Source: an uncultured Candidatus Saccharibacteria bacterium
Lineage (GTDB): Bacteria; Patescibacteriota; Minisyncoccia; Sungbacterales; JACQCQ01
Assembly: GCA_964494945.1 (NCBI GenBank)
Contig: CAZBTX010000004.1
Location: 27,385-91,384 of the forward strand
Direction: 5' to 3'
Length of the DNA stretch: 64,000 nucleotides
Positions 20,689 through 30,855 of the stretch are shown here, piece by piece. The notes beneath the pieces are model-generated. The model did not search any database, was not told the origin of the DNA, and worked only from the letters and a program-made list of their open reading frames with translations. Position numbers and translations under genes: made by a program. Position 1 is the stretch's first letter. Every line of letters starts with the position of its first letter.

Positions 20689-21411
20689 ATGTGGCCTCAA
20701 AAGATTGCCAGAGTCCTGGCGAATGAACTGCAGGTTTGGCGGCGCATGTTGTATAAAAAGACGGCAGTCGGTGGTGTCTCCGGAAAAACGCTGATTGATG
20801 CTTTTCATCGTCTTTACTACGATTCTTACGTTTGGAACGAAACAACTTGGTTCGGAGCCAAGGTAATGAAATATCCCGGAGACCTGGTTATTTATCAGCA
20901 GTTGGTGGCGGAAACTAAGCCGATGGTGATCATTGAAACAGGAACGGCACACGGCGGTTCAGCGCTTTTCTTCGCTCATCTCATGGATATTTTAGGTGGG
21001 GGAAAGGTGATTACGATTGATACCAAAGTTCAGCCCGGCCGTCCCGCGCATCCGAGAATTAAATATCTCACGGGATTTTCCACATCGCAGGATATAATGG
21101 AGCGGGTAAAAAATATGCTGCGACCCGGAGATAGAATAATGGCGGTGCTGGATTCGGATCACGGCAAAGATAACGTATCACGGGAATTGAAAGCATACTC
21201 GCCGCTCGTAACCCCAGGGAACTATCTTATTGTGGAAGACACGAACATCAACGGTCATCCGGTTTATCCGGCCTTCGGCCCCGGTCCCATGGAAGCGGTA
21301 GAGGAATTTTTGCGTGAGAACCATGATTTTGAGATTGACCGCGCTATGGAAAAGTTTTTGGTCACGTTCAATCCTTCCGGATTCTTAAAGAAGCGTAAAA
21401 CGGCAAAATGA
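20689..21411 (+). CDS. CmcI-family (cephalosporin hydroxylase / rhamnosyl O-methyltransferase-like) protein
   Basis: KYPGD, IETGTAHGGSA, LDSDH, VEDT. Confidence 0.85.
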   Translation: MWPQKIARVLANELQVWRRMLYKKTAVGGVSGKTLIDAFHRLYYDSYVWNETTWFGAKVMKYPGDLVIYQQLVAETKPMVIIETGTAHGGSALFFAHLMDILGGGKVITIDTKVQPGRPAHPRIKYLTGFSTSQDIMERVKNMLRPGDRIMAVLDSDHGKDNVSRELKAYSPLVTPGNYLIVEDTNINGHPVYPAFGPGPMEAVEEFLRENHDFEIDRAMEKFLVTFNPSGFLKKRKTAK

Positions 21412-22853
21412 ACATCATATATCGGCATATGAATAAATCCCCACACCTTCCCACGGGGTCTTCGGGAAGGTGTGGGGATAAATCGGAACGGCGAATATGG
21501 TTAGCCGCGCTAGCAGTTCGCCTTTTGGTGTTCGGTCTGATCATTTGGTCGCTCGGCGGCAACGGTCTTATATCGCTGGGAGACTCAAGTCAATATCTGC
21601 GTCTGGCTAAAGGGCTTTTGGATACCGGAACTCTTAGCGACCCCGGCTTTCCCGGTCTCATAGAGGGTACAAGGCCGCCTGGGTATCCCTTGTATCTCGC
21701 GGCATTCCTGTATTTCGGCGTTCCTTTATGGGTTGCTTCTCTTATTCAAATTATGGCGGCGAGTTTTATTCCCATTTTCGTAATGAAAATAGGAGTCCTT
21801 CTGGGTTTTGAGAGAAAGCTGGTTGCCATAGCCGGGTGGTTCACGACGCTTGAACCGCTTGAAGTTCTATACAGCGTAACGCTTCTTTCCGATGCCTTCG
21901 GCGCGCTTTTCTTTATCGCGGGAGCATATTTTCTGGTTCGTTTCTGGCGTACCAGAGCATGGAAAAATTTGATATTGGCATCGTTAATTTTGGGCGCGAT
22001 GAACTACGTACGACCCATCGCTCTATTTCTCTACATTTTGATACCGGCACTCATATTAGCAGCCGGTTTTATCCTTGAACGCTGGCGCTGGAAAGAGCAT
22101 TTAAAAGCCGCCGTCGTATTTGCCGCAGTTTTTTATTTGGTTTTAACACCTTGGCTCGCGCGAAATTATTACGATTTTAACCACTGGGGCTTCCTCTCCG
22201 CTAACAGCCGCCATCTTTATGATTATTCAGCGGTTGCCGTACGAGCGGCCGCAGAAGGAACAACGTATGAAGAGATGCGGCAAAAAATGAGAAGAGAGAT
22301 ACAGCCCCTGCTTCCTGAGCCGCGCGACATCCGGCAATTCGCTAATCAGGAAGTTTTAGGCAAGAAAGCGATTGAGATAATACTTCAGCATCCCAAAGAA
22401 TATGCCAAACTTTATTTTTTCTCCCTGCAAACATTTTTGATCTCCGGCAACTATCATTTCTTGATGGCTTTTTACGGTCTGATAGACGGCCCCAGTGCGG
22501 GGGATCAATCGTTCACGGTACTGCTTTCCAGCCGCAGTATCACCGATGGTTGGGCGGCGGTGAAGGCATTCATTAGTGAGCCCTATGGATTGATAGCGCT
22601 GATGGGTAGAGTCGTTTGGGGCCTGGTATTTGTTTTATCGCTTTTGGGGACGTGGGTCGCGTATAGGCGATATCCCGAGAGTCGTTTTGGCGCATTGTTT
22701 TATATTTTTCTCCTTTTTTATCTTGCGCTTATTACGTTGAGCTTAGTAACCGGCCTTGAGGCGCGGCACCGGCTGTTCGTGAACCCCTTCTACTTCCTGT
22801 TTATGTCTGCGGCTTTGACCTGGCTTTTTGGCAGATTAAGACGAGCGTCCTGA
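21408..22853 (+). CDS. GT-C (ArnT/PMT-like) membrane glycosyltransferase with a 45-bp in-frame palindromic insertion near the N-terminus
   Basis: DSSQY, RPPGYP, PWLARNY; polytopic. Confidence 0.8.
   Translation: MNIIYRHMNKSPHLPTGSSGRCGDKSERRIWLAALAVRLLVFGLIIWSLGGNGLISLGDSSQYLRLAKGLLDTGTLSDPGFPGLIEGTRPPGYPLYLAAFLYFGVPLWVASLIQIMAASFIPIFVMKIGVLLGFERKLVAIAGWFTTLEPLEVLYSVTLLSDAFGALFFIAGAYFLVRFWRTRAWKNLILASLILGAMNYVRPIALFLYILIPALILAAGFILERWRWKEHLKAAVVFAAVFYLVLTPWLARNYYDFNHWGFLSANSRHLYDYSAVAVRAAAEGTTYEEMRQKMRREIQPLLPEPRDIRQFANQEVLGKKAIEIILQHPKEYAKLYFFSLQTFLISGNYHFLMAFYGLIDGPSAGDQSFTVLLSSRSITDGWAAVKAFISEPYGLIALMGRVVWGLVFVLSLLGTWVAYRRYPESRFGALFYIFLLFYLALITLSLVTGLEARHRLFVNPFYFLFMSAALTWLFGRLRRAS
21437..21479. 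mobile_element. Miniature palindromic insertion, CCCCACACC...GGTGTGGGG family, copy 3 (in-frame)
   Basis: Perfect 16-bp inverted repeat; ATAAATC duplicated 45 bp apart. Confidence 0.8.
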
Positions 22854-22881
22854 ATGGGTCGCGGCGCAATATACCGATAAA

Positions 22882-24192
22882 ATGGAATTTTCAAAGAAAA
22901 ACTATTTGATATTAGGCATAATTCTCGGCGCTATGATCCTGCGACTTTTTGCTTTTTCGTTCAATTATTTTACGCACGGGAACGTCAATGAGAACGCTAA
23001 AGCCGCCGTGGCTGTGGCATCGTCCTGGACGCTACGGGTAGCGGAGCCGTCTGATGAGCCGTACTGGTATTCCACCAAAGAATACGGCGGGAGGTATCTG
23101 GATTTGAACGCGCCTCTTTGGCCCACCATAGGGGGTGTATTGATGAAGTTCAGCGGTATTAAGCCGTCCGAGGCGAACGCATTCCTGCTTTTTAGAATAA
23201 TGTCATTGGTTGTAGGAATGGGCGTTGTGATATCGGGATATTTGGCCGGGAAAAGGATAATAAGTTCTGATGCCGGAATATTTCTTTCGGCGGTGCTGGG
23301 ACTTTCTTACGTCCTGGTAGATTATTCGGGGAACGGCGCCTTTTATATGGCGCAGGCCCTGCTTTATCTTCTTTGGGTTCTTGCGGCAATAAGTAGAATT
23401 CATTTTCGTGCGTTACTACTTGCCGTTCTTTCCGGCATCGGCTGGCTTTTGAATTATCAAGCCGTGGTGATGATCGCGGCAACCATAATCCTTATTCTTT
23501 GGGAGCGGCGTTTATGGAAAGAAAAGATGCAATCGGCGGGTTTGGCACTGGTTGTGTTTCTTCTGGTGATTTCGCCGCTTCTTATAAGAAATGCCCGGGT
23601 CTTCGGAGACCCTCTTCATACGACCAAAATAAATCTAACTTATGTCTGGAACAAAGCCGGGCTTACGCCGGTAATAGAAGGCCCAGTTAAAACTTTCCAC
23701 CTTGGTTTTGCGGATAAACTTCGCGTGGCCGAGAGCGCCCTTTTGGAATGGCTGCCGCACAACGCCTACTACGTCGCGAGGAAACTTTTTGTGCTTTTGC
23801 CCGTACTTTTTATCTTGGCGCTCTACGGCGCCGTAGACCTTGCTTTTTCTAAGGAACGCAGAAACCGTGTGTTCCCGGTTATTTTGCTCCTGGGGTTGGC
23901 CCTGTCGCAGATGCTGACCTGGCCCATTGTGCAATTCCGTTATTTCGTTCCTATAATCTCGTTGGCGGCACTTATAGGCGTTGAGTTCCTGTATAATTCT
24001 ATTCGGCAATCTGGTGCGAGATATCTCTTAATGGCGGGAACGCTGGCGGGGCTCGTACTCGTGGGATTTCTGTTGTTTAACTCCAATCCTCTTCATGTCT
24101 GTTATTATGATTGCGCGGTGACCACCGGCCCTTTAGGGAGAAACGAAGAGCTGGAACATTTGCGGGCCAATAATCCCTCGCTACTGCCATGA
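22882..24192 (+). CDS. GT-C (PMT/ArnT-like) membrane glycosyltransferase
   Basis: Polytopic, PLLIRNARVFGDP, RYFVP. Confidence 0.7.
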   Translation: MEFSKKNYLILGIILGAMILRLFAFSFNYFTHGNVNENAKAAVAVASSWTLRVAEPSDEPYWYSTKEYGGRYLDLNAPLWPTIGGVLMKFSGIKPSEANAFLLFRIMSLVVGMGVVISGYLAGKRIISSDAGIFLSAVLGLSYVLVDYSGNGAFYMAQALLYLLWVLAAISRIHFRALLLAVLSGIGWLLNYQAVVMIAATIILILWERRLWKEKMQSAGLALVVFLLVISPLLIRNARVFGDPLHTTKINLTYVWNKAGLTPVIEGPVKTFHLGFADKLRVAESALLEWLPHNAYYVARKLFVLLPVLFILALYGAVDLAFSKERRNRVFPVILLLGLALSQMLTWPIVQFRYFVPIISLAALIGVEFLYNSIRQSGARYLLMAGTLAGLVLVGFLLFNSNPLHVCYYDCAVTTGPLGRNEELEHLRANNPSLLP

Positions 24193-24293
24193 GACCGGAA
24201 AGCATCAAATTCTTAAAACGTATCCTCCAGTGGTTTGTTGCCGCTGGTCTCGTTTTCATATTTATTGAAGGAGTGCTTTTACGACTACACTAG
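24189..24293 (+). pseudogene. 34-codon ORF, probable 5' remnant of a membrane-protein gene
   Basis: ATGA overlap with the upstream stop; [34 protein letters not shown]. Confidence 0.4.
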
Positions 24294-24299
24294 CGAAAC

Positions 24300-24333
24300 A
24301 ACATTCTCATATTCTCAAGAATATGAGAATGTT
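24300..24333. repeat. 34-bp palindrome, AACAT...ATGTT family, copy 1
   Basis: aacattctcatattct-ca-agaatatgagaatgtt. Confidence 0.85.
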
Positions 24334-24342
24334 TTGAACTCA

Positions 24343-25770
24343 ATGGATAAAGGAGAAAATAAAGCAGTAGTTATTATCGGAGCCGGGCCGGCAGGGCTTA
24401 CGGCCGCGTATGAATTGGCTAAACGCGGCACCCGTTCAATTATTCTTGAAAAGGACTCGGTGGTCGGCGGCATCGCGCGCACGGTTCTCTATAAAGGATA
24501 TCGTTTTGACATCGGCGGGCACCGCTTTTTCACAAAAGTGGAGTGCGTGTTCAAAATGTGGCAGGAGGTGCTCGGTGCCGATTTTCTGAAACGCCCCCGG
24601 CTTTCCAGGATATATTACAAAGGAAAGTTCTTTTTTTATCCCTTAAAGGCGCTGGATGTCGTAAGAAAGCTTGGGTTGAAAGAAACATTTCTATCGGGTC
24701 TTTCCTACGTTTGGGCGCGCGTAAAAAAGCGGCCGAGGGAAGATTCGTTCGAAGATTACATTATCAATCACTTCGGGACTCGGTTATATCGCACTTTTTT
24801 CAAATCATATACCGAAAAGGTCTGGGGGATACCCTGTACCGAGATCAAGGCCGAGTGGGCGGCACAGCGCATCAAGGGACTTTCGCTTACGAGCCTTTTG
24901 AAGGCGACCCTCTTCGGCAACCGGAGAAATAAAATAAAGACCCTGATAGAAGAATTTTATTATCCCCGGCTTGGGCCCGGCATGATGTGGCAGAAAACCA
25001 AGGACTTGGCGGAACATTCCGGTTACGGAAAAGTGCTTTTTAAGACGGTGCCGGTTGCCATCCATCATGACAGTTCGCGAATAACCGCCGTTACGATACG
25101 CGGCGATAACGGCAAGGAAGAAACCATTGAAACAGACGCGGTGATATCAAGCATGCCGCTTTCCGAACTTTTCCGGCTTTTCCGGCCAGAGCTTGACGGG
25201 AAGATACTCAAAGCCGCCGCTTCTCTTCATTATCGGGATTTTATAACCGTAGCGCTTGTGCTGGATAAAGAGCATCTTTTTGGAGACAACTGGATATACG
25301 TGCACGAGCCGGGCGTGCTGCTCGGCCGCATTCAAAATTTCAAGAACTGGTCTCCAAGCATGGTGCCGGATGCTTCTAAAACCTGCCTGGGTCTTGAGTA
25401 TTTTTGTTTTACCTCGGACCCTATATGGAAAATGACGGACGAGGTCCTGGTGAATCTCGGCGCCGCAGAACTTGAGAAAATCGGCCTTGCCCAAAAGTCG
25501 GATGTCGTTGACGGAGCGGTGGTGCGGATGGAGAAAACCTATCCCGTGTACGACGATGCCTATGAAAAAGCCATGCCGCTCATAAAAGACGCGGCGGCGA
25601 AATTTCCCAATCTCTATCCGGTAGGCCGGAACGGCATGCACAAATACAACAATCAGGATCACGCTATGTATACCGCCATGCTGGCGGTAGAGAATATTTT
25701 CGGCGCGCGGCATAATCTCTGGGATGTCAACGTGGAGCGGGTGTATCACGAGGAGGTTCAGCGTACTTAG
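24343..25770 (+). CDS. FAD-dependent oxidoreductase (protoporphyrinogen-oxidase/UDP-galactopyranose-mutase-like superfamily)
   Basis: [27 protein letters not shown]. Confidence 0.85.
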   Translation: MDKGENKAVVIIGAGPAGLTAAYELAKRGTRSIILEKDSVVGGIARTVLYKGYRFDIGGHRFFTKVECVFKMWQEVLGADFLKRPRLSRIYYKGKFFFYPLKALDVVRKLGLKETFLSGLSYVWARVKKRPREDSFEDYIINHFGTRLYRTFFKSYTEKVWGIPCTEIKAEWAAQRIKGLSLTSLLKATLFGNRRNKIKTLIEEFYYPRLGPGMMWQKTKDLAEHSGYGKVLFKTVPVAIHHDSSRITAVTIRGDNGKEETIETDAVISSMPLSELFRLFRPELDGKILKAAASLHYRDFITVALVLDKEHLFGDNWIYVHEPGVLLGRIQNFKNWSPSMVPDASKTCLGLEYFCFTSDPIWKMTDEVLVNLGAAELEKIGLAQKSDVVDGAVVRMEKTYPVYDDAYEKAMPLIKDAAAKFPNLYPVGRNGMHKYNNQDHAMYTAMLAVENIFGARHNLWDVNVERVYHEEVQRT

Positions 25771-25826
25771 AGAAACTTGATGGCTTGCTGGGCAGTTTCA
25801 CTAATTAGTTGTATAAATATTTTGGT

Positions 25827-26555
25827 ATGGAAATACTCGCAGTCATTCCCGCCAGAGGCGGGTCAAAGGGCATACCGCGGAAAAATATTAAACTGCTTTG
25901 CGGCAAGCCATTGATTGCTTGGACGATTGAGGAAGCAAAAAAGTCAAAGCATTTGACTCGCGTTATCGTTTCCACCGACGACGAAGAGATCGCGGAAGTT
26001 GCGAAACGATACGGCGCGGAAGTGCCTTTTATGCGTCCTCCCGAAATTTCCGGCGATTTGGCTACCGATGTAGAATTTCTGACGCACGCGCTGGATTTTT
26101 TGAAAGAAAAAGAAAATTACGAACCGGAAATAATTTTGCGTTTGCCGCCGACCTCACCCCTCCGCACGGCGGCGCATATTGATGAAGGCATAGAAGTTTT
26201 ATTAAAAAATCCCGAGGCTGACGCCTCGCGGCCCATGACGGAGGCTCCCAAGCATCCATATAAAATGTGGCGCGTTTCTGCGGAAGATGAGCGTTTTGTG
26301 GAGCCGTTTCTGCCAAAGTCATTTACTCAAATAGACGAACCGTATAACTTGCCGCGCCAGGCCTTGCCGAAAGCCCATATTCATACGGGTGCTATGGATG
26401 TGATGCGGCTTCGCACCGTACGTGAAATGAAATCAACCTCGGGCAAAAAGCTCGCGTATTTTTTCATGAAGCCGGAAGATTCCATAAATATTGATACGCC
26501 GGTTGATTTTGAATTGGCCGAGATCCTGCTGAAAAAGAGGATCGCGCAAGGGTAA
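25827..26555 (+). CDS. neuA: Acylneuraminate (nonulosonate) cytidylyltransferase
   Basis: IPARGGSKGIPRKN, VSTD, PTSPLR, NIDTPVDF. Confidence 0.92.
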   Translation: MEILAVIPARGGSKGIPRKNIKLLCGKPLIAWTIEEAKKSKHLTRVIVSTDDEEIAEVAKRYGAEVPFMRPPEISGDLATDVEFLTHALDFLKEKENYEPEIILRLPPTSPLRTAAHIDEGIEVLLKNPEADASRPMTEAPKHPYKMWRVSAEDERFVEPFLPKSFTQIDEPYNLPRQALPKAHIHTGAMDVMRLRTVREMKSTSGKKLAYFFMKPEDSINIDTPVDFELAEILLKKRIAQG

Positions 26556-26642
26556 ATTCCGGGAAACCGGCGCCTTGCCAAAGTGGTTTCAAGTATATAG
26601 AATCTATCGGTCAATTTGGTATTGCGAAATTAAATATTCTTA

Positions 26643-27995
26643 ATGAGTGAGAAGAAGATTATTTTCATGACGGTGGAGACCAGCATGGCGGCCAAGGAGT
26701 TTTTGCGCTCGGGAGCGTTTCCTATTCTGAAATCCAAACGCCGCGTGGTGCTCTTCGTTCCGGCCGACAAAGTCGCTTACTACCAGAAGCAGTACGGCGG
26801 AGATTCGGTCTTCATTGAGCCCTTGCCGGAGATTAAGCGCCAAGGGCTGCATTTGATTATTAAAAATGTTGCCTTCAACAGTCTTTCTACGGCGAGCGTC
26901 TGGTATCGCATCTGGGAATCGTATTATTTGACCCATCGGCCGTGGAATCTTGCCATGCGCATTATTTTCTGGCACCTCGGCAAACTAAGAATTTGGCGCG
27001 AAGCCACACGCTTGGCCGAATGGCTGATGCGAGATGATGAGATCTGGCGAACAGTTTTTAATAAATACAATCCGGATTTTGTGCTGTGCACTAATGTCAT
27101 CGGCGAAGCCGACATCTCGTTGATGAAACATGCCAGGCGCCGCGGCAGGGGGGCTTACGCCATGATCCGCGGTTGGGACAACTTAACCTCCAAGGGCACC
27201 ATTCGCTTCAAGCCCGATCAGTTGATGGTTTATAACGAGAATATTAAGCGAGAGGCCGTTGAGTACGGCGACATGCGCGCCGAAAGGATAACCGTTGTAG
27301 GTATGCCGCATTATGATTCATACGTTAATTCCGGATTCTATTGGACGCGGGAGGAATTTTTTCTCCGCCTTGGTCTTGACCCGGCCAAAAAGCTGATTGT
27401 GTATGCCATGGGCGGCAATATCGCGGTTGAGGATCCTTACAATCACGCCAAGATGATAAATGACGCCATTGACAGAGGCGACTTGCCCCCAACTCAGCTT
27501 CTTATAAGAGCTCATCCCAAGTACGATATGACCGTATCGGATATCAGCCAGCTTAAGCACGTGAAATTTTATCAGCCCGGCAAAAAGGTCGCCGGCACCA
27601 GGGGCTGGGAGTTCGAAAAGGAAGACACGATGATCTTGATCAATACGGTTCGCTGGAACGACATTAACATCAACTCGGGTTCCGGCCAGACCCTGGAATC
27701 AGTCATGTTTGACCGGCCGGTGGTGATTTTGGGATTCAACGGATACAAACCCGTGCCTTGGCATAAAAATGTCGGAACCGGGCTCGATCTTTTCACGCAT
27801 TATCGGTACATTGTCCGTTCCGGCGGGGTTACCCGCGCCAATAACGAGCAAGAATTGATTGCGGCCTGTCGCGCCTATCTTGCAAATCCCGCATTGCATC
27901 GAGACGGCAGAAAGCGCATGGTGGAAGATATCGCGGGCAAACTCGATGGCAAATCCAGCGAGCGTCTGGCTACGGCGATTTTGTCGTTGGCGTAA
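26643..27995 (+). CDS. GT-B fold protein, TagB/TagF-like or nonulosonate transferase
   Basis: WDNLTSKG, GMPHYD, RAHP, DGKSSER; next to neuA. Confidence 0.6.
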   Translation: MSEKKIIFMTVETSMAAKEFLRSGAFPILKSKRRVVLFVPADKVAYYQKQYGGDSVFIEPLPEIKRQGLHLIIKNVAFNSLSTASVWYRIWESYYLTHRPWNLAMRIIFWHLGKLRIWREATRLAEWLMRDDEIWRTVFNKYNPDFVLCTNVIGEADISLMKHARRRGRGAYAMIRGWDNLTSKGTIRFKPDQLMVYNENIKREAVEYGDMRAERITVVGMPHYDSYVNSGFYWTREEFFLRLGLDPAKKLIVYAMGGNIAVEDPYNHAKMINDAIDRGDLPPTQLLIRAHPKYDMTVSDISQLKHVKFYQPGKKVAGTRGWEFEKEDTMILINTVRWNDININSGSGQTLESVMFDRPVVILGFNGYKPVPWHKNVGTGLDLFTHYRYIVRSGGVTRANNEQELIAACRAYLANPALHRDGRKRMVEDIAGKLDGKSSERLATAILSLA

Positions 27996-28016
27996 CGTGA
28001 TAAGGCGGACAGTGCT

Positions 28017-28934
28017 ATGAATTTTGGCCGATCTATTTTAGGAACATTGTGGAATTCTTCCTCGGTCATGAGCTTAAGGGGTCTTTTCTTTGATTTATGG
28101 GAAATATTATCCAGATATCGTCACGAGAAACAGCGATTCATAAAGATGATGGGTTATCCTCTGGATCTCAAAAACCCGCGAAGTTTCAGCCAGCGTATAG
28201 TTTGGAAAAAAATTTACGACCGGAATCCTCTTTTGCCGATCGTCTGCGATAAATACAGGGTGAGGCAGTATATCAAAGATGTTTTGGGCGAAGAAGAAGC
28301 AGAGAAAGTCCTCATCCCGCTGCTGTATGCTTCTGATAATCCCGACACAATTCCTTTTGATAGTTTAAGCGGAGGATACATCGTGAAGCCCAATCATAAC
28401 TCGGGATCCAATATTATAGTTGAAAAAGGAGTAGCCCCTGACAGGGAAAAAATCATTTCAGATCTAAAAAAGCAGCTTAAATCGGCTTACGGGGTCTTTA
28501 AGCACGAGTGGGCTTACAAAAAAATAAAAAAAAGAATGTTTGTGATCGAAAAGCTGCTTAAAGACGCGAATGGGGGGATACTAAAAGATTATAAATTCCA
28601 TATGATCCATGGAAAATGCGCCTTTATACAAGTTGATTACGACCGATTTTCTAGTCATTCCAGGTCTCTTTACGACAGCAACTGGAATTTCATTAAAACG
28701 ACGCTGAAATATAAACAAGGCCCGATAACGTCCAGACCTTATGAGTTGGGAAAAATGCTTTTGCTGGCCGCCAAATTATCGAAAGGTTTTGATTATATAC
28801 GAGTAGATCTTTACAATATCGGGGATCGGATCTACTTTGGCGAACTGACCCAATATCCCGGATCGGGCGTAGAAAGGTTTACACCTCAGTCCTTTGATTT
28901 TGAACTTGGGAAGTATTGGACAAATAAAAAATGA
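28017..28934 (+). CDS. TupA-like ATP-grasp protein
   Basis: DKYRVRQY, KPNHNSG, DYKFH, RVDLY...FGELTQYPGSG; AT-rich. Confidence 0.85.
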   Translation: MNFGRSILGTLWNSSSVMSLRGLFFDLWEILSRYRHEKQRFIKMMGYPLDLKNPRSFSQRIVWKKIYDRNPLLPIVCDKYRVRQYIKDVLGEEEAEKVLIPLLYASDNPDTIPFDSLSGGYIVKPNHNSGSNIIVEKGVAPDREKIISDLKKQLKSAYGVFKHEWAYKKIKKRMFVIEKLLKDANGGILKDYKFHMIHGKCAFIQVDYDRFSSHSRSLYDSNWNFIKTTLKYKQGPITSRPYELGKMLLLAAKLSKGFDYIRVDLYNIGDRIYFGELTQYPGSGVERFTPQSFDFELGKYWTNKK

Positions 28935-28965
28935 CAGAAAGAAAATTAAAAATCCGCTTTAAGGC

Positions 28966-30855
28966 ATGTGTGGAATCGTAGGCATCAGAGATCCTCGCGG
29001 CGTCCCCTCGGACGTTCTCCAGGCAATGACGCGCGAGCTCGTGCACCGCGGACCCGACGACGAGGGTTTCCTCTATCTCGATAAGGCGAAAGGCGAGTAT
29101 GTCGACGCGCCGAGTGCGCATGCGACCCTTGGCTTCCGGTTCCGGCGGCTCTCCATCGTTGACCTCGGCGCGACCGGCCACCAGCCGATGCTGACACCGG
29201 ACCGCGGCGCGGCGATCATCTTCAACGGCGAGATTTACAATTACCTCGAGCTCCGCGCGGAATTGGAGGCACGCGGTGTGCACTTCCGGGGACGCAGCGA
29301 CTCCGAAGTGATCCTCCACCTGCTCGCCCTTGAAGGTCTGGCCGCTCTCCCGCGCCTCAACGGGATGTTCGCCCTTGCCTTCCATGACCGTCGCACGGGG
29401 ACGCTAATCCTCGCGCGCGACCACGTCGGTATTAAACCGCTCTACTGGCTCCGCGAAGGCCCCGCGATTGTCTGGGCGAGCGAGCCAAAGGCCTTTCTCC
29501 ACTACCCCTCGTTCCGACCAGATGTCAACCGCGAGCGCCTCCACGAATTTTTCCTTTTCCGCCACGTCATTGGACCCGACACGCTTCTCCGCGGCGTGCA
29601 CTCGGTGGAGCCGGGAGGGTACGTACTTATTCGCGACGGCGAAGCGCGGGAAGTGCGCTGGTACAAGCCGCCACCGCACGAGCCCGAGCCATTAACGGAG
29701 GACGAGGCGGCGGCGCGCGTTGATGCCGCCGTCGGCGAAAGCGTGAAGGCGCAGCTCATGAGCGACGTGAAAGTCGGCTGTCAATTGTCCGGCGGTATTG
29801 ATTCCACCCTCATTTCCTGGTGGGCCGCGCGCCATCACGGCTCGCTTTTTGACTCCTTCTCCGTAAGCTTCGACGACCCGCGTTACGACGAGAGTCCGTT
29901 CATAGATGCCGTCGTCGCTAAGTTAGGGCTCGTCGGTCACACTACGCGCCTTGCCACTGATGAAATGGCGGCCTCGCTCCTCGACGCGGCGTGGCATCAC
30001 GATTTCCCCATCAGCCACCCCAACGCTCTCGGTATTTACGCGCTCGCTCGCGAGGCCCGCCGCCACCACGTAACTGTACTTCTCAGTGGCGAGGGCGCGG
30101 ACGAGGTGTTCGGCGGATACGCGCACTACAACCGCGCCGCGTGGCTCGCGCGCCTCAATGCTCTACCCGGCGGCCTCGAACTCGCCCGGTGCCGCGGCCT
30201 CGCGCGCGCGGGCGACCTCGCTCGGGCACTCGTTCTGCTCTCCGCTATCTACGACCCCAAAGTGGTGCGCGAGGCCTGTCCATGGTTCGACGGCGAGCAG
30301 GCACTCCGCGAGCGTCTTGAGCTTTGGGCGGCGACGCCGGAGACGGACGCCCTCGAGCACCTCATGGCCTATGAGCGGCGCGCGTACATGGAGGAATTAC
30401 TCCACCGCCAGGACCGCATGTCGATGACGCACTCTATCGAGAACCGCGTGCCGTACCTCGATCCGCGCGTCCTCGCACTCGCCCGGCGTCTCCCCACGCG
30501 CCTCAAGGTTGCCGTCGGGTTGTTCCCACGCCGCGGCACAGCACCCCGCGCCACGAAGCCGATACTTAAGCGCCTCGTCGCGAACCGCTTCGGCGATAAT
30601 TTCGCCTACCGCGCGAAGTCCGGCTTCGCGTTACCGCTCCGCGCGATCTTCGTAGCACCCGCGTTCGAGGCGACGTGGCCGGCGATCCGCGACGCTGTCG
30701 TCGCACTCTCTGTCGCGGAGGCGCCCGCACTCGATGCCTTGAAGGAGCAGGCACTCCGCGAGGGCGGCGACGCGGCGAAGCTTCTATGGACATTTACAGC
30801 GCTCGGCGCGTGGTGGCGCGGCATCTCGCGCGTAGGCGCGGTATTACGGACGTGA
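28966..30855 (+). CDS. asnB: Asparagine synthase family amidotransferase, strongly GC-rich (foreign-looking)
   Basis: MCGIVG, HRGPD, FNGEIYN, LSGGIDS, GEGADE. Confidence 0.93.
   Translation: MCGIVGIRDPRGVPSDVLQAMTRELVHRGPDDEGFLYLDKAKGEYVDAPSAHATLGFRFRRLSIVDLGATGHQPMLTPDRGAAIIFNGEIYNYLELRAELEARGVHFRGRSDSEVILHLLALEGLAALPRLNGMFALAFHDRRTGTLILARDHVGIKPLYWLREGPAIVWASEPKAFLHYPSFRPDVNRERLHEFFLFRHVIGPDTLLRGVHSVEPGGYVLIRDGEAREVRWYKPPPHEPEPLTEDEAAARVDAAVGESVKAQLMSDVKVGCQLSGGIDSTLISWWAARHHGSLFDSFSVSFDDPRYDESPFIDAVVAKLGLVGHTTRLATDEMAASLLDAAWHHDFPISHPNALGIYALAREARRHHVTVLLSGEGADEVFGGYAHYNRAAWLARLNALPGGLELARCRGLARAGDLARALVLLSAIYDPKVVREACPWFDGEQALRERLELWAATPETDALEHLMAYERRAYMEELLHRQDRMSMTHSIENRVPYLDPRVLALARRLPTRLKVAVGLFPRRGTAPRATKPILKRLVANRFGDNFAYRAKSGFALPLRAIFVAPAFEATWPAIRDAVVALSVAEAPALDALKEQALREGGDAAKLLWTFTALGAWWRGISRVGAVLRT

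Noticed and set aside
24235-24342. N-terminal extension of the FAD oxidoreductase
   Set aside because: It runs through a gene stub and a palindrome; the GxGxxG motif follows ATG 24343.
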